A DNA stretch of 64,000 nucleotides from Octopus vulgaris. Lineage: Eukaryota. The position numbers and the translations under genes were made by a program. The stretch lies in the NCBI GenBank assembly GCA_951406725.2, contig OX597814.1:80166001-80230000 (forward strand). The letters are read 5' to 3'. Shown piece after piece: positions 41,075 to 51,046 of this stretch. Within the stretch, counting starts at the first letter, position 1; every line of letters starts with the position of its first letter. The notes beneath the pieces are model-generated. The model saw only the letters and a program-made list of their open reading frames with translations. It was not told the DNA's origin and ran no database searches.

Positions 41075-41110
41075 TTTTCTGTCGAAGAGCGTAGGCTCGA
41101 AACGTAATAG
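41075..41110 (+). ncRNA. Degenerate minimal hammerhead-like motif in a (TA)n-terminated short repeat (~41030-41202)
   Basis: TTTT-CTGTCGA-A-GAGC-GTAG-GCTC-GAAA-CGT-A-ATAG. The conserved core A is replaced by T. Confidence 0.4.
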
Positions 41111-42594
41111 ACTTTCTCACTTCCCGAGCGTTAAACCAATACATCTGTTTATTGTCTACACACCCGTCTTCGTCTTTTGATTCTTTTGTAAATTCTCACT
41201 GTATATATATATATATATAACCGGACAAGTTCACATAAAACTCGTGCATGCCATGTAACTGGCGTTTTTTTTTTTAATTATTTAAACAAATGAACAACAT
41301 TTGTTGTATATTGATTAGGAATTCAATACCTGAAACCCAGTGTTCAACTGGTACTGATTTTATTGACCCTGAGAGGCAAAGTTGACACTTTTGGAATTCT
41401 ACAGTTTTATAAATGCTCTTATTTTGTTACATAATATAATACATGTTCATAACTTTGCTTTATTATATTAAAATTTTATATCTTCGATTTTATGAACCAA
41501 CTTGTTCCATAATGTTAAATAATTCTGTTAGGTCTTCGGTTTCGTTCCGTAGTTAATCTTGTGGAAATTCCATGCTTTATAAATATACTTATTTCTGTTC
41601 TAATGAATAAATTTATTGCTCCTCTTAACATTTTATTATGTTAAAGATTTCGCTTATATCTTCGATTTCGTTCTGTAGTTATAGATTTGAAAGCCCGCTC
41701 CTAAAATGTCCTCATTATTCTCTGAGTATGGCTACGCAGCCGAGAGGTCTAAGATTCGTATCATGCTAATGCTGTACCCCATAACACTTAACTGTTAATA
41801 AATGAACACACCTACCTTTTATTCACCTTGTTGTTGTGGAGGTGGTTGTTGTTGTATAACTCCTGGTCAACCACAATCGAGTAAATTATGTCCAATGACA
41901 CTGCAGCTGAGACAATCCTGGAGGTGGTTCGATTAAATTACGGACGTAGTTTCACGTTGGCGTTTTTATGTCCTAGTGCTGATATTGATTTGTTGGCTCA
42001 AATCAATCCCGACCGAGCAGATTCGTGACTCAAGGCGTTGCAGCCGTGACTATCTCGTTTTCTTAGGGGCATGTAGAATTACATTGTCCACCTTTCGTTA
42101 AAAACGGTAGGGTGTGTGGTCAGAGAGAATTTGGATGCTATTTTTAACTGGTCAAGCGGCCGTATTCAGGTTTCTTCATTGAGTTTAAGTTATAATTAAG
42201 CATGCTGAATATCATAATTCACCTCTGTATTCTTTAAATAGGGATTGTGTAATTGATGAGCAACTCATTGACTTGTAGTTTCAAACTAAATTCTTTTGAC
42301 GGAATGTCCCCTCTGACAGAGGTTTTATTGAGCAAGATATTTATTATTAATCTGATTACACAATTGAATAGAAACAAGAGATAAGCGCCGATCATATGGA
42401 TCCTTTTAATTTGGGAAGGTATTAACTATAATACAACTGGAATATTGTCAAGAATTTACTCTGTAATATGTTCTTATTCACTCCACTAGACCAAGTTTGG
42501 AGAATGGATTGTGATGCTCGAAAGAGTAAAGCAGTATAGGCGTAATAATCTCACCTGGCGTATATAATTTTGTAAATATATCTATCTTCAAACG

Positions 42595-42800
42595 CGACGA
42601 ACTGGCTGAACCGTTAGCGCGTCGGAACAAATACTTATCGACATTTCTTCCGGCTCTTTACGTCCTCTGCTCAAATCCCGCTGAGGTCAACCTTTCATTT
42701 TCTTGGGGCGATAAAATAAAGTATCAGTCAAGCACTGGGTTAATATAATCGACTAACTCCTTTCCTAAAATTGCAGGTTTTGTACCAAAATTTGAAAAAT
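42595..42800 (+). mobile_element. Degenerate SINE family A
   Basis: GAACCGTTAGCGCG..CTCAAATCCCGCTGAGGTCAAC..GATAAAATAAAGTATCAG. Confidence 0.65.
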
Positions 42801-43529
42801 ATTTTTGCTTCAAACAGTAACAAGGTAGCCGTCAACTTTTATTTGCATGGACAACTTTTCCTAACATGAATATCAATTCAAGTCAAAGTTTAGATTTATA
42901 GCATACATATTGTCTCTGTACAACTTAGGAGTGGATTAGGTTTGACGGTGTCACCTGGCCTGATAAAAAATAACTTCAAAATGTGAAGTACTTCAAAACC
43001 ATGTCATGAGATTTATGATTGGCAAATACCTTACTGACAGAGTGTTTAAGAAGTAATAGAAGTGGGAAAGTGGGCAGGACACAATTCAATAATGGAAATA
43101 AAGTTTGTAGATTTCATGTCGTGTAATCTCCTTAGAAACCGAATTTCGGTCACAGCTATTCCACTTATGATGCTTAGTGCACTTGAAAGTTTGGCAGACT
43201 TACACATACACAGGTAATTGTTTTAAACCAGTCTCTTAGGCCTCCGTCAGCAAGACTTAGTATTATATCTATACCTCTATGTGTAGGTCTAAGCAAAGTT
43301 TATTTTGTGGACGACTAGCCGACGAATGAACTTCTACCTAGTCACTTGACTAGGTAGAAACAACAACGAAATCTTCCTTATGTCATTCCAAGGAAGGATA
43401 TGTTAGTTAAGTTGACCAAAATATGCCAACGAAATTTGAGGCTTTCATGACTTAAACCTACCTTCTCATGGGCCTGTTGAATCAGGACGTGATATAGAAC
43501 TAAACAACGACTACCATATTCAAAACATA

Positions 43530-43725
43530 TTCTCTTTTACTCTTTTGCTCTTTTACTTGCTTCAGTCATTTGACTGCGGCCATGCTGGAGCACCGCCTTT
43601 AGTCGATCTTTGTAAGCCTAGTACTTATTCTATCTGTCGCTTTTGCGAAACCGCTAAGTTACGGGGACGTAAACACACCAGCATCGGTTGTCAAGTGATG
43701 GGGGGGGGGGGCAGATGCAGACACA

Positions 43726-43779
<54 letters not shown>

Positions 43780-43950
43780 CATATATACGACGGGCTTTTT
43801 TTCAGTTTCCGTCTACCAAATCCACTCATGAGGCTTTGGTCGGCCCGAGGCTATAGTGGAAGACACTTGCCTAAGGTGCCATGCAGTGGGACTGAACCCG
43901 GAACTATGTGGTTGGTAAGCAAGCCACTCACCACACAGCCACTCCTGCGC
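43530..43950 (-). mobile_element. SINE family B
   Basis: Well-preserved reverse complement, including the head CCACACAGCCACTCCTGCGCCT. Confidence 0.8.
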
Positions 43951-44411
43951 CTATTCATTTACTATTCATCCATTCATTTACTCAACAGGCTGTTAAAATT
44001 CATCCGCAACTTTCGGTTTTAAGAAGCTGTCCTTGGTCGGTGGTTGTTATTTTGAAATCTTGAAATCATTGGAATTATTATGTTTTTTATTTCTTTTATT
44101 CTAAAGGATACTATCAGATGTGATGTCTATCGCAATAAGAGTCATGTTAAGCAGCTGTTGACAGTGTATACTGAAGTAGGGATACAAGAAGGTATAGCTT
44201 ATGGGCTTCAGTTCGAGCTAGAGCATCTACGGCAAAAACATACATGAATGTGACATCTTATATACATTTCACTATATCTTTTCTGCTATAGGCAACGGGG
44301 CCTAAACCTTTGGAGGAAGGGACTAGTCGATTACAGAGACCCCAGTGTTTAAATGGTACTTATTCTATCGGTCACACACACACATACACACACGCACGCA
44401 TACACACACAA

Positions 44412-44451
<40 letters not shown>

Positions 44452-44478
44452 ACGCACATACATGCACACGCTCTCTCA

Positions 44479-44512
<34 letters not shown>

Positions 44513-44657
44513 TTCCTAACATACACTCAAACGCGTCTCTGCACGGGAGGTGCTGATCTCAGTGATAGAGTGGTGGCTGTGAAGTTCATGTTGGTGGTGA
44601 TGATGGGAGCAGTGATAGAGGCCATGATGGAGATATATTTGCTCCTCTGTGTGTGTT

Positions 44658-44717
<60 letters not shown>

Positions 44718-45088
44718 CGTTACAAAATAGTTATTCGAGAAATGCTGACATTATTTTTCTATATTTCTGATTTACGAGTGAAACAATCCCACCCTCTCCT
44801 CCATTCACTTGATTGTGAATAACCACAAGAATACGACATGCTTTCAACCTAAATAATTTAAATGGAAAAAAAAACTACTGCAACGAGTGCCGGCTAACTG
44901 GCTTTATTAAAATATTGAAGTCAATCAATGTTGCTCTCCCTTCCTATCTCTCTTTATATGTGTGTGTTTGTGTGTGTTTGCGCGCATGTGCGTGTGTGTA
45001 TAAAAGATGCAAGTTTTCGTCAGGGTGACTCAAACTAATAGGTATGAGCTCTGTGTGCTCAAATTTGTATGTCACTAAAATTACATAC

Positions 45089-45140
<52 letters not shown>

Positions 45141-45302
45141 GTGTGTGTGATTGTGTATAGAAGAATATATTAATAAAAAGAATTCCAACCTTGTCTGATT
45201 TTCACGTTTTATTTACAATCTTATAATGATATATTATAAGATAATATATTATAATTGAATAAAATAAAATGAAATAGTAGAATGTTAAATATTCATTCTG
45301 AT

Positions 45303-45347
45303 TGAACTAGTACTTTCATGCATTGAATTCTGCAATCTTCGGGTTCA
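45303..45347 (-). ncRNA. Minimal type I hammerhead ribozyme in pLTR
   Basis: Reverse complement of the motif at 49504-49548. Confidence 0.75.
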
Positions 45348-45841
45348 TGTAGTAGTGTTGACAGTCATGCTTCACAATTTTTGACTGTAGCAAGATGAGT
45401 GATTCTGTGCTATAAATACAGCTGGGTAGGCTCCAGAGTGCTAGGTTTTGCAAACTGTATTCTGACCAATCAGTGTGTAGTATCACTCAATTACTTAAGC
45501 TGATTGGTTGGTTGAGCTGATTGGTTTAGGCATCATGCTTTGTTGGACAGGTCAAGAGTCCTGTATCTTGACCCTGGCCGAAGCAGCAATTGTTGGGTTA
45601 TTTTTAGAAATGTTGTAAATATCCTTTGTCAGAGATTTTTATATTTTTATATTTCAATTGTCATCATCATCATTGTCAGCACCTTAATTATTGTTGCTAG
45701 TGGTGATGGTGGTGGCAATAGAACTTTTAACCCTAAATAAGATAATTTTCCTGCTATCTTCGTCTTGATCACCTTTAGTATTGTTGTTGTTGTTAGTGGT
45801 CATGGTCGTAGCAGTGGAAGTAATACCTCTAAGTATTGTTA

Positions 45842-48169
45842 TTATTGATTATTTAGCTTGGGTTCGAATTTATCAATAAAATTCTTTTCTCTGATTTTCC
45901 TCTCGATTTCACTTGGGCTGTGTAATTTGTAGAATGGAAATATTATATATATTTTCCGACCACATGTTGCTAGGTGGTTACTCAAAGGTATCTGACGGAC
46001 CTCTGGGTCTCTAATCTGTTGCCGGTGTACACGTGAGCGTTCTAATAGTGCGTTTCCCGTCTGACCTACATATATTTCTTCACAATTTGGGCATTTGATG
46101 CAGTAAATTAAATTTCTGCTTTTGCAGTTCATATTCGCGTTTGTGAATATTTTCCCGGTTTTTGTGTTTATATATTGACCGGTATGTATGAATTGGCATG
46201 TGCCACATCGGCTATCATTGCATTTAGATACCGTGAATGTTTGGTCTTTGTTGCTGAGGTCAAATTTTGCCTTTGTTAGTAATGTTTTCAAGTTTTTAGG
46301 CTGTCTTTTACTAAGCACCATAGCTCGATCCTTGATTATGTCTTTTAATTCATTACTTTGGGCAATGATTGGAAGGTTTGCTTTGGCAATGTTGAAGATA
46401 TTCTGGTGACATGGGTTGTGTGTCACTATGAATGGTATGACTTGTTCTTGTTTTCCTCTTCCTTGGGTCGTCCTAAGTTGTTGTATAGGTATTTTTATAG
46501 CCCGCTGTATGCCATTTTCTATAAGTAGAGATGGGTATTTTTGTTTGAGCAAAAATTCTCTTAGTTCTATTAGGCGTTTGTTCCTGATATTTGCATCTTC
46601 TACAATAGTACAAATTCTTCTGGCTAGGCAGTATGGGATGTTACGTTTTGTATGTGGTGGATGGCACGACTTAAAATTTAGGTATTGATGTGTGTCTGTG
46701 TGTTTATAGTATATATCTGTGGTGATGGTGGTGTCTTTTTTAATTACCATTATATCCAGGAATGGTAATTTGGTACTACTCATCTCCTTTGTAAATTTGA
46801 GAGATGGGTGTAGGTTGTTCAGGAGGATATTGAACTCTTCCAGAGTATTTAGAGATTCTGTCCAGATTATGAAACAGTCGTCTAGGTATCTCTTCCATGC
46901 CTTTTCAATATACTTTCTAAATCCAGTGCCATAGTTTACCTCCACCTCTTGGTAGAGTTGTTCTTCTAAGTATCCCATTACAGAGTTGGCGTAAACGGGA
47001 GCAAACCTCGTTCCCATCGCCGTGCCTCTAATTTGGATGTAATTCTTTCCATTGAAGAAGAATGTGTTATTTTCTAGAATAAGTTTGACTGTGTCTAATA
47101 TAAATGGCACTGTGAATCTGCTGGGAATCACTTCTCTATGTTTTTCTAACCAGTATTTAATCGCCTTTATTCCTAAATCGTGTGGAATATTGGTGTAGAG
47201 GCTTACCACATCAAAACTTAGCAAAACTGAATTTGTTTCTGTTGTTTTGGGAAGATGGGACAGGAAGTCGATGTCATCCCTGATGAAACTTGGTATGTAA
47301 GTACATAGTGGTTTCAAAACAATGTCAATAAAATTGCTTAGACGGTGTGTAGGGCATGCTGGACCAGCTATAATAGGTCTAAGTTTTAGGTCTTTTGGAT
47401 GTAATAATTTTATGTACTCACTTTCTTGTTCTTTTACTGCCTGTTGAATGTTTTTTGATTTGTGTATTTTTGGTAAGCCGTAGAAGTTGCTGGGTTTTGG
47501 TTCAAAATTGGTGATGTAGTCTTTTTCATTATCCGTAAGTGAGTTGTGGTGTGTTGAAATCAGGTTGTTGATCTTTTTCATGATGTGGTGGTCTATATTT
47601 GCGGGTATTTCACAATAGAAGGTTGTATCCTTCAGTTGGTCTTCAACCAAATCCTTATAGTATTCGGTATCCATAATAACAATTGCACCACCTTTATCTG
47701 CTTGTTTAATTATTATTGTTTGATCGTTTTGTATACGTTTACATGCAGACATCTCTGATTTGCTAATGTTTGGCCTAACATTGGTATTGCGTCTAAGGGG
47801 AAATTTAGACAGGATATCAATGTATTGGTCAAGGTAGTTATTTCTTCCTTTTGGTGGGGTGAAATTTGATTTATTCCTTACTAGGGATTCATCAATCTCA
47901 TTACTTTTGTTAGCGAAGAATTCTACAAGTCGTAATTTTCGACAGAATTTTTGGATATCCTCCTTTAATTCTTGGTGGTTGGCTGTTGGTGTAGGTGTGA
48001 ATTTCAGTCCTTTTGACAGAAGTTGGATTTCATCATTGTCAAGATCTCTTTTTGATAAATTAATTATTTTAGGATCTATACGTTCAGTTGTTTGGGGTAT
48101 GTTTCCTCTTGGATTTTTTCTTTCTCCGGTGTTTGTTGTCCTGACGTAAAAAAATGGATTTTTTTCTGG
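45842..48169 (-). CDS. PLE reverse transcriptase plus GIY-YIG endonuclease frame (inverted copy, first ATG at 47752)
   Basis: 636-aa translation identical to 51370-53280. The frame is open upstream to 48169. Confidence 0.9.
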   Translation of the reverse strand, partial: PEKNPFFYVRTTNTGERKNPRGNIPQTTERIDPKIINLSKRDLDNDEIQLLSKGLKFTPTPTANHQELKEDIQKFCRKLRLVEFFANKSNEIDESLVRNKSNFTPPKGRNNYLDQYIDILSKFPLRRNTNVRPNISKSEMSACKRIQNDQTIIIKQADKGGAIVIMDTEYYKDLVEDQLKDTTFYCEIPANIDHHIMKKINNLISTHHNSLTDNEKDYITNFEPKPSNFYGLPKIHKSKNIQQAVKEQESEYIKLLHPKDLKLRPIIAGPACPTHRLSNFIDIVLKPLCTYIPSFIRDDIDFLSHLPKTTETNSVLLSFDVVSLYTNIPHDLGIKAIKYWLEKHREVIPSRFTVPFILDTVKLILENNTFFFNGKNYIQIRGTAMGTRFAPVYANSVMGYLEEQLYQEVEVNYGTGFRKYIEKAWKRYLDDCFIIWTESLNTLEEFNILLNNLHPSLKFTKEMSSTKLPFLDIMVIKKDTTITTDIYYKHTDTHQYLNFKSCHPPHTKRNIPYCLARRICTIVEDANIRNKRLIELREFLLKQKYPSLLIENGIQRAIKIPIQQLRTTQGRGKQEQVIPFIVTHNPCHQNIFNIAKANLPIIAQSNELKDIIKDRAMVLSKRQPKNLKTLLTKAKFDLSNKDQTFTVSKCNDSRCGTCQFIHTGQYINTKTGKIFTNANMNCKSRNLIYCIKCPNCEEIYVGQTGNALLERSRVHRQQIRDPEVRQIPLSNHLATCGRKIYIIFPFYKLHSPSEIERKIREKNFIDKFEPKLNNQ

Positions 48170-48880
48170 TTATGATTTATATTCCTGTTGATGTTTGCTT
48201 GATGAATTTTGCGTTTTGGTTGTGGTACTTTACTTGGTTTCGTTATGTTTTCTGTCTTGTTTTTGGTATTATGTATGCTACTTTTCAATTTCTTGTTAGC
48301 ATTGTTTTTAACCACCTGGAGAAATAATCTGGGTTTACTTCTAGATCTAGATCGGTTTTTTGTCCAGTTTCTTGTGGGTAATCTCTGTTGAGGTCTTGAA
48401 AATGATCTCCTGTTATTTCTACTGCTAATGGTCTGTACAAAACAATATCTATTTTGTTTGTGCTTTTTGTTCATGTTGTGTGCATTAGGGTGTTTGCATA
48501 CAAAATGGGAAGAGTTCTTACCGTAGTTCGTCTTCGATTCGTGGTGAAACGGGTGTTCATGTTGCCACGTGTTCTGGTGTATGTTGCGTTGGTGAGGTTG
48601 TCCACTTTTAATGCTATTTCTCGGAGTTCTGGTGTCTTTACCGTAATTTGTAGCATATTTGTCGAGAAATAATTGTTTCCGCTGCCAAAACTTTCTTGAT
48701 CTGCTTTCTTCTTTTGAGATATCTCTGATCCATAGTTCTCGCATTTTTTCTGCTATATTGCCGGTCGTTAGTTTGGATATTTCATCTCTGATTTGATCAT
48801 CGATAGCTTCGTATTTGGCTTTGTAGCGGGATTGTTTAGACAGGGTAATGGAGATGTCGGTCCTGAATTTTATCAAACTA
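48076..48880 (-). pseudogene. 5'-truncated PLE ORF1 (inverted copy)
   Basis: Identical to the C-terminal ~266 aa of 49754-51046. Truncated at the inversion junction. Confidence 0.85.
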
Positions 48881-49326
48881 GCAACATGTGGTCGGAAAAT
48901 ATATATAATATTTCCATTCTACAAATTACACAGCCCAAGTGAAATCGAGAGGAAAATCAGAGAAAAGAATTTTATTGATAAATTCGAACCCAAGCTAAAT
49001 AAGCAATAATAACAATACTTAGAGGTATTACTTCCACTGCTACGACCATGACCACTAACAACAACAACAATACTAAAGGTGACCAAGACGAAGATAGCAG
49101 GAAAATTATCTTATTTAGGGTTAAAAGTTCTATTGCCACCACCATCACCACTAGCAACAATAATTAAGGTGCTGACAATGATGATGATGACAATTGAAAT
49201 ATAAAAATATAAAAATCTCTGACAAAGGATATTTACAACATTTCTAAAAATAACCCAACAATTGCTGCTTCGGCCAGGGTCAAGATACAGGACTCTTGAC
49301 CTGTCCAACAAAGCATGATGCCTAAA

Positions 49327-49442
49327 CCAATCAGCTCAACCAACCAATCAGCTTAAGTAATTGAGTGATACTACACACTGATTGGTCAGAATACAGTTTG
49401 CAAAACCTAGCACTCTGGAGCCTACCCAGCTGTATTTATAGC
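49327..49442. promoter_or_regulatory. Candidate pol II promoter in pLTR: three CCAAT boxes and a TATA-like box
   Basis: CCAATCAG at 49327 and 49344, CTGATTGG at 49378-49385, TATTTATA at 49433-49440 (TATAAATA on minus). An AATAAA lies at 49638-49643. Confidence 0.5.
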
Positions 49443-49503
49443 ACAGAATCACTCATCTTGCTACAGTCAAAAATTGTGAAGCATGACTGTCAACACTACT
49501 ACA

Positions 49504-49548
49504 TGAACCCGAAGATTGCAGAATTCAATGCATGAAAGTACTAGTTCA
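49504..49548 (+). ncRNA. Minimal type I hammerhead ribozyme in pLTR
   Basis: Stem I TGAAC/GTTCA, core CCGAAGA (variant of CUGANGA), stem II TGCA-GAATTCAA-TGCA, GAAA, palindromic AGTACT stem III, cleavage triplet CUA (after 49543). Confidence 0.75.
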
Positions 49549-49753
49549 ATCAGAATGAATATTTAACATTCTACTATTTCATTTTATTTTATTCAATTAT
49601 AATATATTATCTTATAATATATCATTATAAGATTGTAAATAAAACGTGAAAATCAGACAAGGTTGGAATTCTTTTTATTAATATATTCTTCTATACACAA
49701 TCACACACACCCATATATATATATATCTATATTCCTATTGTGTATATGCCAAC

Positions 49754-51046
49754 ATGTCTGGAAAGCAACAAACAAAATTAACAGAATCCGAAAGAATTCT
49801 AATGGAAATTTCATCGAAATTATCAACACTCATCACGATGATTGACACACAATCCTCTATTTTAAAGGAAATAGAAAAACAGTCTACAGACGGAAAACTT
49901 GGAAATGAACACATAAACTCTGAAATTAAGAATTTAGCTGAAATGATACCAACAATTATAAAATCTACAAGAGAAAGCCTACCACAACCTCCTTGGATGT
50001 CAGAAATAAACGAAAGAAATCTGGAAAAAGAGGCACACCGAAAAAGAGAAGAGATACAGAAGACATGGAAAAAACTCCTTAACATAAGAAAACAAAACTT
50101 CTGGAAGGCATATAAATGCGAAAAATATGCTGAAATACATTCGAAATGGATATCTTTAGCGGCACCCATACTTCCTCGGAAGTACCTAATTAAAGAAATT
50201 GCAGGAGAACCAGAGGAAGAAACTAAACTTCGATGGGACCTTAGTTTGATAAAATTCAGGACCGACATCTCCATTACCCTGTCTAAACAATCCCGCTACA
50301 AAGCCAAATACGAAGCTATCGATGATCAAATCAGAGATGAAATATCCAAACTAACGACCGGCAATATAGCAGAAAAAATGCGAGAACTATGGATCAGAGA
50401 TATCTCAAAAGAAGAAAGCAGATCAAGAAAGTTTTGGCAGCGGAAACAATTATTTCTCGACAAATATGCTACAAATTACGGTAAAGACACCAGAACTCCG
50501 AGAAATAGCATTAAAAGTGGACAACCTCACCAACGCAACATACACCAGAACACGTGGCAACATGAACACCCGTTTCACCACGAATCGAAGACGAACTACG
50601 GTAAGAACTCTTCCCATTTTGTATGCAAACACCCTAATGCACACAACATGAACAAAAAGCACAAACAAAATAGATATTGTTTTGTACAGACCATTAGCAG
50701 TAGAAATAACAGGAGATCATTTTCAAGACCTCAACAGAGATTACCCACAAGAAACTGGACAAAAAACCGATCTAGATCTAGAAGTAAACCCAGATTATTT
50801 CTCCAGGTGGTTAAAAACAATGCTAACAAGAAATTGAAAAGTAGCATACATAATACCAAAAACAAGACAGAAAACATAACGAAACCAAGTAAAGTACCAC
50901 AACCAAAACGCAAAATTCATCAAGCAAACATCAACAGGAATATAAATCATAACCAGAAAAAAATCCATTTTTTTACGTCAGGACAACAAACACCGGAGAA
51001 AGAAAAAATCCAAGAGGAAACATACCCCAAACAACTGAACGTATAG
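49754..51046 (+). CDS. PLE ORF1, 430 aa: helical/coiled-coil-like N-terminal half and basic K/R/N/S-rich C-terminal half
   Basis: Intact ATG-to-TAG ORF immediately after the pLTR. Overlaps the RT frame at 50953-51046. Function is inferred. Confidence 0.8.
   Translation: MSGKQQTKLTESERILMEISSKLSTLITMIDTQSSILKEIEKQSTDGKLGNEHINSEIKNLAEMIPTIIKSTRESLPQPPWMSEINERNLEKEAHRKREEIQKTWKKLLNIRKQNFWKAYKCEKYAEIHSKWISLAAPILPRKYLIKEIAGEPEEETKLRWDLSLIKFRTDISITLSKQSRYKAKYEAIDDQIRDEISKLTTGNIAEKMRELWIRDISKEESRSRKFWQRKQLFLDKYATNYGKDTRTPRNSIKSGQPHQRNIHQNTWQHEHPFHHESKTNYGKNSSHFVCKHPNAHNMNKKHKQNRYCFVQTISSRNNRRSFSRPQQRLPTRNWTKNRSRSRSKPRLFLQVVKNNANKKLKSSIHNTKNKTENITKPSKVPQPKRKIHQANINRNINHNQKKIHFFTSGQQTPEKEKIQEETYPKQLNV

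Larger units (their letters stand above)
48878..49726 (+). repeat. Upstream pseudo-LTR (3' end of RT/EN ORF, 3' UTR and 5' leader)
   Basis: Direct repeat of 53149-53957 with two substitutions seen (49003 G vs 53274 T, 49083 C vs 53354 T). Confidence 0.9.

Noticed and set aside
50956-50963. G_AAA_AAA as the frameshift site
   Set aside because: It does not fit X_XXY_YYZ in ORF1 phase. The adjacent T_TTT_TTT does.
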